From: Octopus vulgaris
Taxonomy: Eukaryota
Length of the DNA: 64,000 nt
Assembly: GCA_951406725.2 (NCBI GenBank)
Contig: OX597837.1
Coordinates: 22,506,001-22,570,000 of the forward strand
Direction: 5' to 3'
Made by a program: the position numbers and the translations under genes. Each line of letters begins with the position of its first letter. Position 1 is the first letter of the stretch. The notes under the pieces were generated by a model. That model made no database searches and had not been told where the DNA came from. It worked only from the letters and a program-made list of their open reading frames with translations. Shown piece after piece: positions 28,528 through 41,611 of the stretch.

Positions 28528-28780
28528 AAGGGCTTCATTCAGTTCTATCTACCAAATCCACTCACAAGGCTTTGGTTGGCTCGAGGCTATAATAAAAGAC
28601 ACTTGTCCAAGGTGCCATACAGTGGGACAGAACCTGGAATCATGTGGTTGGTAAGCAAGCTACATACCACACAGCTACATATATTTATTAATATTTAGCA
28701 GAAGTAACAGACTGACTCAAGATCCGAGAGTTTCATGGGTGGCACTTATCAAATATATATATATATATATATATGCATAC

Positions 28781-29095
28781 GTGGAGGCGCAATGACCCAG
28801 TGGTTAGGGCAGCAGACTGGCGGCCGGAGGATCGCGGTTTCGATTCCCAGACTGGGCGTTGTGTGTGTTTATTGAGCGAAAACACCTAAAAGCTCCATGA
28901 GGCTCCGGCAGGGGGTGGGGGTGGCGACCCCTGTTATACTCTTTCACCCCAACTTTCTCTCACTCTTTCTTCCTGTTTCTTGAGTAACACTGCGATGGAC
29001 TGGTATCCCGTCCAGCTGTAGGGAAACACATACGCCACAAAAACCAGGAAACTGGGCTCATGAGCCTGGCTAGGCTTGAAAAGGGTGACGTTTAT
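28781..29095 (+). mobile_element. tRNA-derived SINE, head A plus tail T2; second copy at 46063-46370
   Basis: Head A followed by gcgatggactggtatcccgtccagc...catgagcctggctaggcttgaaaagg. Confidence 0.85.
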
Positions 29096-29420
29096 TGTTA
29101 TATATATATACACACACACACATATATACAATGAAATACCAGGTGCTTTACTGTACTCAAGAAGACCTGTCAACTAGAGCAGAAGTGTTAAGGGCACTCC
29201 CTCTCATGAAGAAGATTGCCCTGCAAGGGTCATTTGCTGGTGCCTCATGAAAGGCACTCATTCTGGTGCCATGTAAAAGCGCTTATGCAGTACCATGTTA
29301 AAAGCACCCAGCTCTCATTGCAATGTGGTTGGTGTTAGGAAGGGCATCCAGCTGTAGAAACCAAACCAAATCAGACGAGAATTTGGTGCAGCAGCTCTCC
29401 AGCTTGTCATCTCTGGTTAA

Positions 29421-29634
29421 CCCTTTTGTTACTGTATTTATTTTGAGATGCTCTGAGTTTCTTTCAGTTACTTCAAATATAACAAATACTTTAGTAAAAT
29501 AACTTAGTTATCATTCAGCTAGGAACATAAATTGTGACTAAGGTTTGGTGGAAGATTTTAATTCAAAACTTATGAAAATAAGACATTTGTACTCAGAGCC
29601 AGAGCTGGTTTCAGCTGGGTTGGTAACAAAAGGG
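29421..29634. mobile_element. piggyBac-type MITE inserted in a family-D retroposon
   Basis: TTAA|cccttttgttac ... gtaacaaaaggg|TTAA; removing it restores ctggttaaaccgtccaacccatg. Confidence 0.9.
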
Positions 29635-29929
29635 TTAAACCGTCCAACCCATGCCAGCATGGAAAAATAGACGTAAAAAGGATGATGATGATGAAGTGCA
29701 TATATATTCTCTCCCACCATATCAACACTGTCCATCTGATATTCTGAGCAGCAAATACAGTTTCTTTCTTTCTTTCTTTCCTTCCTTCCTTCCTTCCTTC
29801 TTTCTCCTCCTCCTCTTCTTTTTTTCTGATCTCATAATTTATATTTCATATCATTTCTTCACTTTTGAGTTGTCACAGCTCCAACTTTAATGAGATTTCT
29901 TCATCATCATTAAGTGGGGAATACACGCA

Positions 29930-29977
29930 AACGTGTATGTATCTGTGTGTGTGTGTGTGTGTGTGCATGCGCGCGTA

Positions 29978-30008
<31 letters not shown>

Positions 30009-30513
30009 ATGCATATTGAGGGAATAAGTTTGTTTATTTTTATGTACATTTTTATATATAAATGTGTATGTATGTGTGTGTGAGTATGTGTGTGTGTGTG
30101 TGAGTATTTGTGTGTGTATATGTGTATATGTGTATGCATGTGGGTGTATGTGTTTCTATTTTTATTTTATGTGTGTGCATGTTTATTCATATTTACATTT
30201 TCTTGTGTGTGTATGTGTATGGCTATTTGCATTTATTTTGTGTGTGTGTATGTGCATATGTTTATGTGTGTTTACATTTTTTGGTGTGTATGTTTTTGCA
30301 TGTGTATGTGTATGGTTGGTTGTGTAGGTGTGTGTATGTATGTGTTTGTGTGCATGTGTGTGTGTGCGTGTGCGCATGTATGTGGAATGAGAGATATATA
30401 GGAATGGTCATGTATGTATGTGTGTACCTGATGTGTGTGTACCTGATGTGTGTGTGTATGTTGTGTGTGTGTATGTTGTGTGTGTGTGTGAGTATGTTGT
30501 GTGTGTGAGTATG

Positions 30514-30565
<52 letters not shown>

Positions 30566-30874
30566 CTGCTTATGTGTCTGTCTGTCTGTTTGTCTACAGC
30601 AGTACCAGCATCATGCAGAAATGTCTGTGCCCACAAATGGAACAAGATGTGTGAGATTGTGGACATGGATATATGTGTGTTTGTGTGTCTGTATATGTAT
30701 GTGCATGCATGAGTTTGCATGTGTGTGTGTAAAAAAATGAGTGTGTGTGTGTGTGATTGTATGTATGTGTGTGTTTGCCCACCACACCAGTGTGACATAC
30801 AAAATCTCTGTCTGTCTGTCTGTCTGTATGCGGCCATCCACGACTGGAATGAGAGCTGCCTGTCTGATTGTCTT

Positions 30875-30950
<76 letters not shown>

Positions 30951-31592
30951 CGTGTGTGTGTTTGTGTGTGTGTATGCATGTATGTGTGTGTGTGAATATG
31001 TTTCTCAGTGTGTGTGTCTGTATGTATATTTATCTGCTTGTGTGTATATACCTAAACCAGTGTTTGTGTGTGTGTATGTGTGTTATCTATGATGTGTGTA
31101 TTGTGTGTGTGATTGTGTCTGTCTCTGTACATGTATGTATGTATGTCTTTGTGTATGTGTATCAGCTTGTATAATGCGTATACGTCTGTCTGTCTGTCTG
31201 TGTGAATGTGTGCCTTGCGTGTCTGATTGTATGTCTGTGAGTACATATGTGTGTGTGTCTATGCAACTCTCTATTTGTGTGTATGTATATATGAGTGTAT
31301 ATCTATGCGTGTCTGTGTGTATGAGTGTATGTATATGTCTGCATGTCTGTGTGTATATCTATGTAACTGTATGTCTGTATGAGTGTATGTATACGTGTGT
31401 GTATGTGTGTGTGTGTGTCGTGTGTGTGTGTATACATCTGTCTGTATGCTTATGTGACTAGTTGCCTGTCTGTCTGTACACCAGTGTCAGGTATAGGATG
31501 TCTGTGTGTGTATGTGTATACCCATACGTGTATGTGTATGCATGCATATACATCTATGTGTGTGTGTGTGTGCATGTGTCTCTGTGCGTACA

Positions 31593-31626
<34 letters not shown>

Positions 31627-32700
31627 ACTGTGTGTCTCCTGCAACTGGAATGAGAGACGCGAGGGAGCTAGAACCAGATCTAGATCCAGATCAAGAAACG
31701 GAGTCCCTTGCAAAAGAGAATCAGATATTCTAATATTGCAACATGGAGCAACAACATAATAATAAGCTGACTCATCTTTCTCTCCTTCCTTCTACACTGC
31801 TACTGTCTACACTGTACTGCTGTAGTGGTTGTGGTGGTGGTAGTGGTGGTGGTGGTGGTGGTGGTGGTGGTGGTGGTGGTGGTGGTGGTGGTGGTGGTGG
31901 TGGTGGTGGTGGTGGTGGTAGTGGTGGTGGTGGTAGTAGTGGTGGTGGTGATAGTGGTGGTAGTGATAGTGGTGGTGGCAATAGTGGTGGTGGTGGTGAT
32001 AGTGGTGGTGGTGATAGTGGTATTGCTCTAGTGGTGGTGGTGCTGCTGCTGGTTGTGGTAGTGGTGGTGGTGGCAGCAGCGTGGATAGTGGTGGGATGGT
32101 AGTGGTGGTGGTGGCGGTGGTAGTGGTGGTGGTGGCGGTGGTGGTGGTTGTGTTTGTGATGACAATGATGATACTACTGTAGTGGTAGATGTAGTAGTAG
32201 TGATGGTGGAAGTGGCAGTGGTGGTGGTGGTGGTGGTGGTAGTGGTGGAGGAGGAGGTAGGGAACATACTGCTGTATTAGTATGGCGGCACAGAGGCAGT
32301 GTTGGGCTGCATTACTGTAGTGACACTGCTGTAGTGGCATTCTGGTGGTGGTGGTGGTGGCTGTGGTGGTAGTGGTACTGCTATAGTGGAAAAAATTGTA
32401 GTGGTGGTGTTGATAGTGATGCTAGTGTTGATAAAGGTGCTGGTGACACTGCAACAGTAGTGGTGGTGATGGTGGTACTGCTAGTAGTAGTAGTAGTAGT
32501 AGTAGTGGCAGTAGTTGGTGGTCGTGACGATGGTGGTGGCAGCAACAATCATGGTTCTGGTATGGTTGGTTGTGATGTTGGTAGTGGTGGCATTTGTGGT
32601 GGTTGTGGTGGTGGTGGTGGTGGTGGTAGTAGTGTTATAGTAGTGATGGCTGTGGTAGTTGTGGCTATAGTAGTAGTGGTGGTGGTGGTGGTGGTAGTGA
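29930..32700. repeat. Long G/T-skewed low-complexity domain: (TG)n-rich, then (GGT/AGT)n-rich
   Basis: Direct reading; source of the poly-VC, poly-G, poly-H and poly-P pseudo-ORFs. Confidence 0.9.
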
Positions 32701-32803
32701 CATTTATTTTGAGTTGTTTATGGGAAAAGAGACAAGCTTGAAAAAAAAAAGTCTTTTTTTTTCAGTTGTAAATCTTTATATCTGTCTTTCTTCAGACTCT
32801 GTA

Positions 32804-32809
<6 letters not shown>

Positions 32810-32845
<36 letters not shown>

Positions 32846-32911
32846 CATGTATATATGCATGCATACGTATATATACATATATATATTTATATGTGCGTGT
32901 GCATATATATA

Positions 32912-32960
<49 letters not shown>

Positions 32961-32987
32961 TGTTGTGTCTGGGGAGAGTCATAAATG

Positions 32988-33030
<43 letters not shown>

Positions 33031-33177
33031 TATGTATGTATATATATATATATGTGTGTGTGTTCATGTATATATGCATGCATACGTATATATACATATA
33101 TATATTTATATGTGCGTGTGCATATATATAAATATGTCTGTGTGTGTATATATATATATACACACACATATATATAT

Positions 33178-33216
<39 letters not shown>

Positions 33217-33246
33217 CTGTTGCGTCTGGGGAGAGTCATAAATGAA

Positions 33247-33278
<32 letters not shown>

Positions 33279-33407
33279 TCATGTATATATGCATGCATAC
33301 GTATATATACATATATATATTTATATGTGCATGTGCATATATATATATATGTCTCTGTGTGTGTATATATATATATATACTGTTGTGTCTGGGGAGAGTC
33401 ATAAATG

Positions 33408-33475
<68 letters not shown>

Positions 33476-33544
33476 ATATATATATGTGTGTGTTCATGTA
33501 TATATGCATGCATACATATATATACATATATATATTTATATGTG

Positions 33545-33620
<76 letters not shown>

Positions 33621-33665
33621 CTGCTGTGTCTGGGGAGAGTCATAAACGAAATGTATATATATATA
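32810..33665. repeat. Compound minisatellite, about 4 units of variable length
   Basis: The anchor tactgttgtgtctggggagagtcataaatgaaat recurs near 32958, 33215, 33378 and 33619, separated by TA/TG tracts. Confidence 0.9.
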
Positions 33666-33752
33666 TATATATATGTATGTATATATATATATATATGTGT
33701 GTGTATGTATATACATATATATATGTGTGCATATATATGTATACATGTATAA

Positions 33753-33795
<43 letters not shown>

Positions 33796-33887
33796 CATAT
33801 GTATATATATGTGTACATATATATATATGTATATATACATACCTGCATATATACATACATACACACACACATATATTTTTTATGTGT

Positions 33888-33944
<57 letters not shown>

Positions 33945-34264
33945 TACATATGCAGTAATCCTCCACATTGTGGAAGGGTTGTGTTCTTAAATGCTTTTCC
34001 ATAATGTGGAATTCCGTAACATGAACCTGTTTTTCTAAGGATTTCCATGCTAAAAATTGAAATGGGATCCTATGGAAAATTTTTTACTTTTTTTCTTATA
34101 ATTGTTTTTTTTTGTTTTTTGTGCGGGATGGAGGGTGGGGCACGGATGGAAACAAATATTGTAATGACCTCCATAACTATAACCATAGCTTCTGTAACTC
34201 AGAGGATACATGAATACACACATACGCGTGCACGCACACACACACACACAAGCACCTGCACATA

Positions 34265-34438
34265 TACATCAGCATCAGCATCATAACCACCACCATCATC
34301 ATTACTACCACCACTACCACCACCAACACCACCATCATCAGCATCATCATCATCATCACCACCACCACCACCACCACCACCACCACCACCACCACCACCA
34401 CCACCACCACCACCACCACCACCACCACCACCACCACC

Positions 34439-34520
<82 letters not shown>
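34265..34520. repeat. (CAC)n-(CAT)n trinucleotide tract at the tail of a minus-strand family-D element
   Basis: Direct reading; adjoins ttccatgctggcatgg. Confidence 0.85.
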
Positions 34521-35269
34521 ATATTTTTATGGCCACTTTCCATGCTGGCATGGACTGAAAGGTTGTCGCATTCTGAGTCATCTGCAGTTGGGAGTTACTG
34601 CTTCCATAGACCAATGTTTGCAGGGGTCATTTGTATAAGGCCTGGTTTCTAAAATAGGATGCTCTTCCTATCACCAAACCTCTTTACAGAGTGTACTGGG
34701 CATGTTTTTCCTGGCACCAACACAAGAGAAATTGAAGAAATGGACCTTAGAATCACATGTATTCTCTGCTTAGTTTCTCAACCACTTTACAGAGAATATT
34801 ATTTTCAAATTGTGACACAAGGCCAGCAATTTGGGGGGGAAGGGATTAATCAATTACACCTAACCCAGAGCTCAACTGGTACCTATTTTATTCTTTTCTA
34901 TTCTATGCACAAGGCCAGAAATGTTGGGAGAGGGGGCCAGTTGATTAGATCGACTCCAGTACGCAACTGGTACTTAATTTATCGACCCCGAAAGGATGAA
35001 AGGCAAAATCGACCTTGGCAGAATTTGAAGTCAGAAAGATAGATGAAATACCGCTAAGCATTTCACCTGGCATGCTAAAGATTCTGCCAGCTTGCCACCT
35101 GGCTGTGTGGTAAGTAGCTTGCTTACCAACCACATGGTTCCAGCTTTATTCCCACTGCATGGCACCTTGGGCAAGTGTCTTCTACTATAGCCTCGGGCTG
35201 ACCAAAGACTTGTGAGTGGATTTGGTAGATGGAAACTGAAAGAAGCCTGTCATATATATGTATGTATAT

Positions 35270-35319
<50 letters not shown>

Positions 35320-35921
35320 ATATGTGTGTATATGTTTGTGTGTCTGTGTTTGTCTCCCCAACATTGCTTGACAACCAATGCTGGTGTGTTTATGTTCCTG
35401 TAACCTAGAGGTTTGGCAAAAGAGATCGATAGAATAAGTACTAGGCTTACAAAGAATAAGTCCTGGGGTTGATTTGCTTGACCCTGAAAGGATGAAAGGC
35501 AAAGTCAACCTCATCAGAATTTGAACACTGTATGTAAAGATGGATGAAATGATGTTAAGTATTTTGCCTAATAATTTATTCTTTTAATTGTTTCAGTCAT
35601 TTCAATATGGCCATACTGGAACACTGCCTCTTAGTCGAGCAAATTGACTCCAGGGATGTAAATACACATAACACCAACACCAGTTGTCAAGTGTTGGTGG
35701 TGGTGGTGGTGGTGGTGGGAAAACACAGACACAAAATCACACACGCATAGATATATATTTCTATGACAGGCTTCTTTCAGTTTCTGTCAACTAAGTCCAC
35801 TCACAAGGCTTTGGTCAGTTTGAGGCATTAGAAGAAGAGACTTTCCCAAGGTGCTACACAGTGGGACTGAACCTGGATTTATGTGGTTGGGAAGCTAACT
35901 TCATATTACACACCCATATAT

Positions 35922-35952
<31 letters not shown>

Positions 35953-35954
<2 letters not shown>

Positions 35955-37215
35955 AGGGACGTTCAATAACTAATGCCTCTGACCCACTTGCAGTTGTTTG
36001 ATCTAGCTGAAATTTTGCATGTGCAATCATTTATATCTCTATAGAGTAAGTGGCAAATTAATTGTGGTTTCTGATTTACAGGTGTTTGAACCGAGTCAAG
36101 TGTGAAATGGAGCCTGTTGAGTGTCTAGCAGTGATACCGTTTTTTGTATTTGAAAGGACGCACACCACGGGAGACTTTTGATGAAATGAAAGTAACTTAT
36201 GGTGATGATGCCCCATCATATGACCTTGTAAAACGCTGGCATCGTGAATTCAAACATGGTCGGAACTCTGTGGAAACAGCTCCCAGATCTGGTCGCCCCT
36301 TCTGCCATTGATGAGGCATCTGTCCGTCAAGTTGAGGCTGCCATTTTGGAAGATCGATGCATAATTATTCGCCAAATAGCCCATGAGGTCAAGATTAGTA
36401 CCGGGTCTGTGGAAACTATCATTCATGACCATTTGCATATGCAAAAGGTGTCTGCCAGATGGATTCCCAGGTTGCTCACGCCTTTCCAGAAGCAAGAACG
36501 CGTCAAGTGCTCGAGGGTAAATTTGGAGATGTGCCAAGATGATGAGTCAAAATTTTTCAAAAGACTGATTACACAGGATGAAACCTGGGTCCATCACGAT
36601 GATCCAGAGACCAAAGCCCAGTTAATGCAGTGGAAGCACCCCCTCACCCCCTCCAAAGAAGGCAAGGGTGCAGCCCTCCACTGGCAAGGTCATGCTCACA
36701 GTCTTCTGGGACCAGGACGGAGTAGTGATGACAGATTTCCTGGCAAAGGGTACCACAATTGCAGGAGCCTATTATGCCTCACTTTTGAGGAAATTAAGAG
36801 AAGTTATCAAAATCAAGAGGCGGGGCAAGATCAGCAAAGGCATCCTCCTCCTGCAGGACAACGCTCCGGTCCACAACTCGCTTGTCGCCAGATCAGAAGC
36901 ACAGGCGTATGGCTATGAACTCCTACTTTCCTGACCTTGCACCCTCTGATTTTCACCTCTTCCCAATCAGGAAGTTGTTTTTGAAAGGAAAGCGTTTCCC
37001 AGATGATGCAGCCTTGATTTCTGAAGTCACGTTGAGGTTGGAGGACCAAGCTGGGGTCTTCTACGAAAACGGTCTCCAGAGCCGCATCAAACAATGGGAG
37101 AAATGCGTAACTCTGGGTGGTTCCTATGTAGAAAAAGACTAATAACTGTGCCAAGTTTCGTTGCTCTACTGCTATGGGAAGTGGGTCAGGGGCATTACTT
37201 ATTGAACGCCCCTCA
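35953..37215 (+). mobile_element. Full-length (~1.26 kb) mariner transposon (irritans-like), frameshifted
   Basis: TIRs cgagggacgttcaataactaatgcc / ggcattacttattgaacgcccctca with TA; motifs WIPRLL, ITQDETW, LLQDNAPVH and PDLAPSDFHLF. Confidence 0.95.
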
Positions 37216-37222
37216 TATATAT

Positions 37223-37333
37223 AATTGCAGTGTGGAAGGTGTTTGTAAGCCATTTAAGAAACACACAAAAGGCCATTCGATTCACTTTTGTGTGTTTCTT
37301 AAATGGCTTACAAACACCTTCCACGCTGCAATT
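37223..37333. repeat. Near-perfect 49-bp-arm hairpin with a 13-nt loop
   Basis: 37223-37271 is the reverse complement of 37285-37333 except for one G-T pair. Confidence 0.95.
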
Positions 37334-37391
37334 GTTTTCATTTCAGCACACGATCTCAGATCAAATTACTTGCTATGCGAGTACATCTCTG

Positions 37392-37454
<63 letters not shown>

Positions 37455-37982
37455 TACATACACACACATGTATACATGCATACATATATATGGTTATATT
37501 TTATGACAGTTTGACTTCCCTCTACACAACTTGGTTTCATGTATAGGACATGTCCATCTCATCAGATTAAATGCATATAACTCCATCATATATATATATA
37601 TATATATATATACTTGAAAGTATTCGCGGAAATTACTTTATACAGTTTTTAAGTATAAAAGGGATTTTTTTAAATAATTTGTTTTAAAAAAAGTTATAAA
37701 ATCTTTTATCAGGATGTTACTAACCTTTGTGGAAGAAATTCTTTTCCTAGTGTGTGTGAGTAATTTCATTTCACCTTTTCAAATATATATGTATGTATGT
37801 CATTATTCAGTTCATTTCAAGATTTTTTGCCAATAGAGAAAGAACCGGTTTCTAACCTAGATCCAAGGCTTCTTCATTGGAATTTCAACATCAACAACAG
37901 GGTATTTTTGTTTCTATGAATGTATGTATGCATGTATGTGCAGATTTGTATGCTTTATGTATGTATGTTTGAATATTAGGTT

Positions 37983-38275
37983 TGTGAAGGCATGTGGCTT
38001 AGTGGTTAAGGCATTCGGCTCACGATTGTGTCCTTGAGCAAGACACTTTATTTCACGTTGCCCCAGTCCACTCTGCTCGCAAAAATGAGTTGTACCTGTA
38101 TTTCAAAGGGCTGGTCTTGTCACACTCTGTGTCATGCTGAATCTCCCTGAGAACCATGTTAGGGGTATGCATGTATGTGGATTGCTCAGTCACTTGCATG
38201 TTAATTTCATGAGCAGGCTGTTCTGTTGATCGTATCAGCTGGGACCCTCGTCGTCGTAACCGACAGAGTGCTCCT
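37983..38275 (+). mobile_element. SINE, head B plus tail T1
   Basis: The head matches 1368-1510 and the tail matches 285-472. Confidence 0.8.
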
Positions 38276-38310
38276 ATGTTGGAATATATGTATATATATA
38301 TATATATATA

Positions 38311-38603
38311 TGTGGAGGTGCAATGGCTCAGTGGTTAGGGCAGCCAACTCGCGGTCGTAGGATTGCGGTTTCGATTCCCAGGCCGGGCGTTGTGAGTGTT
38401 TATTGAGCGAAAACATCTAAAGCTTCACAAGGCTCCGGCAGAGGGTGGTGGCAATCCCTCCTGTACTCTTTCACCACAACTTTCTCTCACTCTTTCTTCT
38501 GTTGGCCTGCCCACTTAACCAGCGGGGTGGCGTCATTTGAAGGCTAAAACAATGCAAAGCGCATTGTGACCAGCGATGTGCAGCAACATCTGATAGCCTG
38601 GCG
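38311..38603 (+). mobile_element. SINE, head A plus tail T3
   Basis: Head A to ctctcactctttcttctgtt, then a distinct tail (gaaggctaaaacaatgc...catctgatagcctgg). Confidence 0.8.
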
Positions 38604-38637
<34 letters not shown>

Positions 38638-38771
38638 GTATATATATACATATATATATATATATATACATACCTATCTAAGTATAAAGACAAAATATGG
38701 GCAAACAATTATAGATAGCAGGAATTCATTTATATGAGTTGTTATCCATACACGTAACAGGACAAAGACAG

Positions 38772-38953
38772 TCCTTTACAGCTCTTTCAAAATTTTGCTG
38801 AATGGCTGATATTATAATACATACAGTGCAAACTGGTGTACATAATGAGGCAATATTACACACAGCAAACAAGCAAAATATGATGAACTGGAAATGAAAT
38901 TTGATATGCAGGTATTTTTAAGCAGGAATCTCTGAATATTTTCTTCAGAAGGA
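38772..38953 (-). ncRNA. Degenerate hammerhead at the 3' end of the Penelope-like element
   Basis: Minus strand: tcctt CTGAAGA [~150 nt] GAAA G AGCT G TA aagga. Stem I is intact; stem III has a G-G mismatch and stem II is weak. Confidence 0.5.
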
Positions 38954-40056
38954 TGAATGGCAAAGGCAATAGAAGCTGGACACATATTCATGATAAGAAC
39001 ACGTGGAGGAACAGGGGAGGGTTAATAATGGAGAGGTGAATAGAGAAAAAGGAGAGAAAGAAAATGAAGTTAAGAGCAAAATGTATTAGTAAAAAGTATG
39101 GAGTGAAAAGAGAGAAAAGAAAAAAGAAAACAAGAAAGGAGAGAAAGAAAGAGAAAGTTGGGGACCGTTCAAAACAAAGTACAGAGAAAGGTAGGATAGG
39201 GAGAGGAGATCAAAGGAAATCTATTGAAAAGAAAGAGGGTATGACATATGTAAAAGAAACAAAGTAACTTGTTGTTGACCTGATTTAGTATAAGTGTCTC
39301 TTGTAAATAAGAATGGCGCTATTCCAAAAAATTAAATAAAAATATAAATATATATGAATGAATGATAAAAAGAAGCCAAAATAACTATTATGTGCCTCAA
39401 AGAAAAGTGTGAAATATTTTAAGTACCATTCAAATTACAATAGGTCATAATTCAAGCAAGACAATGTAGTTAAATCCACACAGTTGTAACGGAAAAGCAG
39501 AGATGAGAAAGTCTAATCATAATACAGGGCTTATAGTTATCTAAGCTGATTTGAGCAGGTTGATCTATGGTAAAAGGGAAGTATTTTGAAACATCTATGC
39601 TAGCAGAATATGATTATATCACACCATAATAAATATTATTAGCGAGAATGTCATTATTCTCGCATATTACCTCAGTAGATACTCTGCTATACAAACTGCA
39701 TGTAGTGTGATCATCTTGGAATGATCTTCCAGTCTTAATGATAGAATAGGATATGTTATGCAATATATAGTTGGCCTTGAGATAATGGATATAATTTGCC
39801 AGCAAAATATATTTATGTTTAAAGTTAGAGAATGAGCAAAGATGTGCCAAGTAATGCCTCTTAAAATCAGTCAACTCTTTGTATATTTTGATGGAATTTT
39901 GGTGTATAGTAGAGACAGTGCATTTATGAACAACATTATACCAAACAATGACCCATCAAAGGGCAATTGTTGGGTATTTCCACAACTAGATTTCTTATTA
40001 TGAGTTAAGGTCAGTGCATTGCTTCTCGTTATTGTAGTTATGGAAGTCACCATTAC

Positions 40057-40116
<60 letters not shown>

Positions 40117-41215
40117 GGCAGTGAGCTGGCAGAATCATTAGCACACAGGGCAAAATTTCAGCATTTCATCAATCTCTATTCAAATTCCACCAAAGTTAAC
40201 TTTGCCTTTCATCCTCTCAAAGTCGATAAAATGTAATTGATTCATCCACATCTCCCACAAGCTGCCCTTGTAGCAAAAATTTGAAATAATAATAACAATT
40301 ATTATTATTATCATTATCATCAGCTGGTAGGATCATTAGCATACCAGATAAAATGCTTAGTGGCATTTTGTCTGTAAACATTATGAATTTAGATGCTACC
40401 AAGTTTCTGTGTATTTAATGCAAGAGTGATGGATCCAAGATTAGGTTTGGTGGAATGAGAAAGTTTGATTGTGGATATATTAAATATGGGATTTTATATA
40501 CTTTGAGGAGTGAAATTTGATTAAAGAATATTGAAGACCACTTTAGGCAGAGACTTAACTTCTAAACAAAATGGTAATAAAAACCATAAAACTCATGACT
40601 TCTTTCTTTTTACCAGGTATATCATTCTTGTGTTCTCCAAAACTAATATATGTTAGGTAGTTACTGCATAACTAGAGAGCTGTAGTCAGTATTGGTAGTT
40701 TACTTTGAAGGAGAAGGATTTATGGAAGTGGGAATTATATTGACAATCAGTCCTAGTATCATTATGATAACAGAAATATGTTCATTATCTTTAGTTGCAA
40801 ACTTTTTAGGATTAATGTCATTATCAAGATTAGCTATAGTATAGCTGTAGAGTGGAAAAAGTAGTTCCAATATAATTTTGAACCTAGTGGTGTGAACATG
40901 CAATATTTCATAGGAGAAACCACTAATATGTAGAGCCTAATTACAGCTTGGATCATGGCTATCAAAGATATTTTCATTTGCTGAGAGATTGGAAATTCTT
41001 GAGGAAAAACTATTAAAAATATAATTTAAGACAGGTCTAGGGTGATTAGACTTAATGTTAATATACTGGAGACATTCATTGGGATAGGAGTAGTATAACC
41101 CAGAGTTTAAATCTAGAGTAAAGTCTAAGAAGTTGGCCACTTTAAAACTATTGTTGAAAGTAATATATAAATATTTTTGGTAAATGAATATTATTGAGGA
41201 ATTTATAGAGAGCAT
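38772..41215 (-). mobile_element. Decayed Penelope-like retroelement (RT thumb, GIY-YIG endonuclease, 3' hammerhead), interrupted by SINEs
   Basis: 40937-41215: ANFLDFTLDLNSG..YINIKSNHP..SRISNLSANE. About 39900-39970: NCPLMGHCL / NVVHKCTV. 39614-39874: FKRHYLAHLCSF..LANYIHYLK..ISYSII..CSL. Confidence 0.85.
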
Positions 41216-41611
41216 TCCAGATACATTCTAAACTAGAACAGCTATGGATGCAGGAGCACTGGAGGAAATCAATGCAATCATCAGCTTTAGTTGTTGGGCT
41301 CAGGGTCTAGTTTAAACTGTTTGGGTCCAGGTCTTCACTTGATTGAGTAGAAGTTGTGAACATGATGGTCAGTCTCATTCAGAAATAGACAGACAGAAAG
41401 CTTGAGCAAAGGTAACTAATGTTCAAATTACTTCTGTGAAGGACTTCAGTGTAACAGTCATACCTTATCCTTGAAAACACGTGACTAAATTGAAGTATAT
41501 GGTCTTTTGTTTTTTGTGGGAAGGACAAATTTTATAGGTCAGGAGATTCATCTACTGTCAAACACCATGTCAGTAGGTAAGAGTCTCAGGATGTCATGGT
41601 TGATAGTACAC

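Noticed and set aside
31743-32741. Poly-Gly, poly-His, poly-Pro and poly-Val ORFs
   Set aside because: (GGT)n is open in several frames on both strands; no recognisable domain or splice structure.
37525-37572. Minus-strand CTGATGA...GAAACCAAGTT hammerhead candidate
   Set aside because: Stems II and III are possible but stem I does not pair; at best a heavily decayed copy.
41230-41600. Possible L1/Tx1-like RT remnant (FLWEG..VRR..CQ.P)
   Set aside because: Too degraded to call by eye; needs a translated search.
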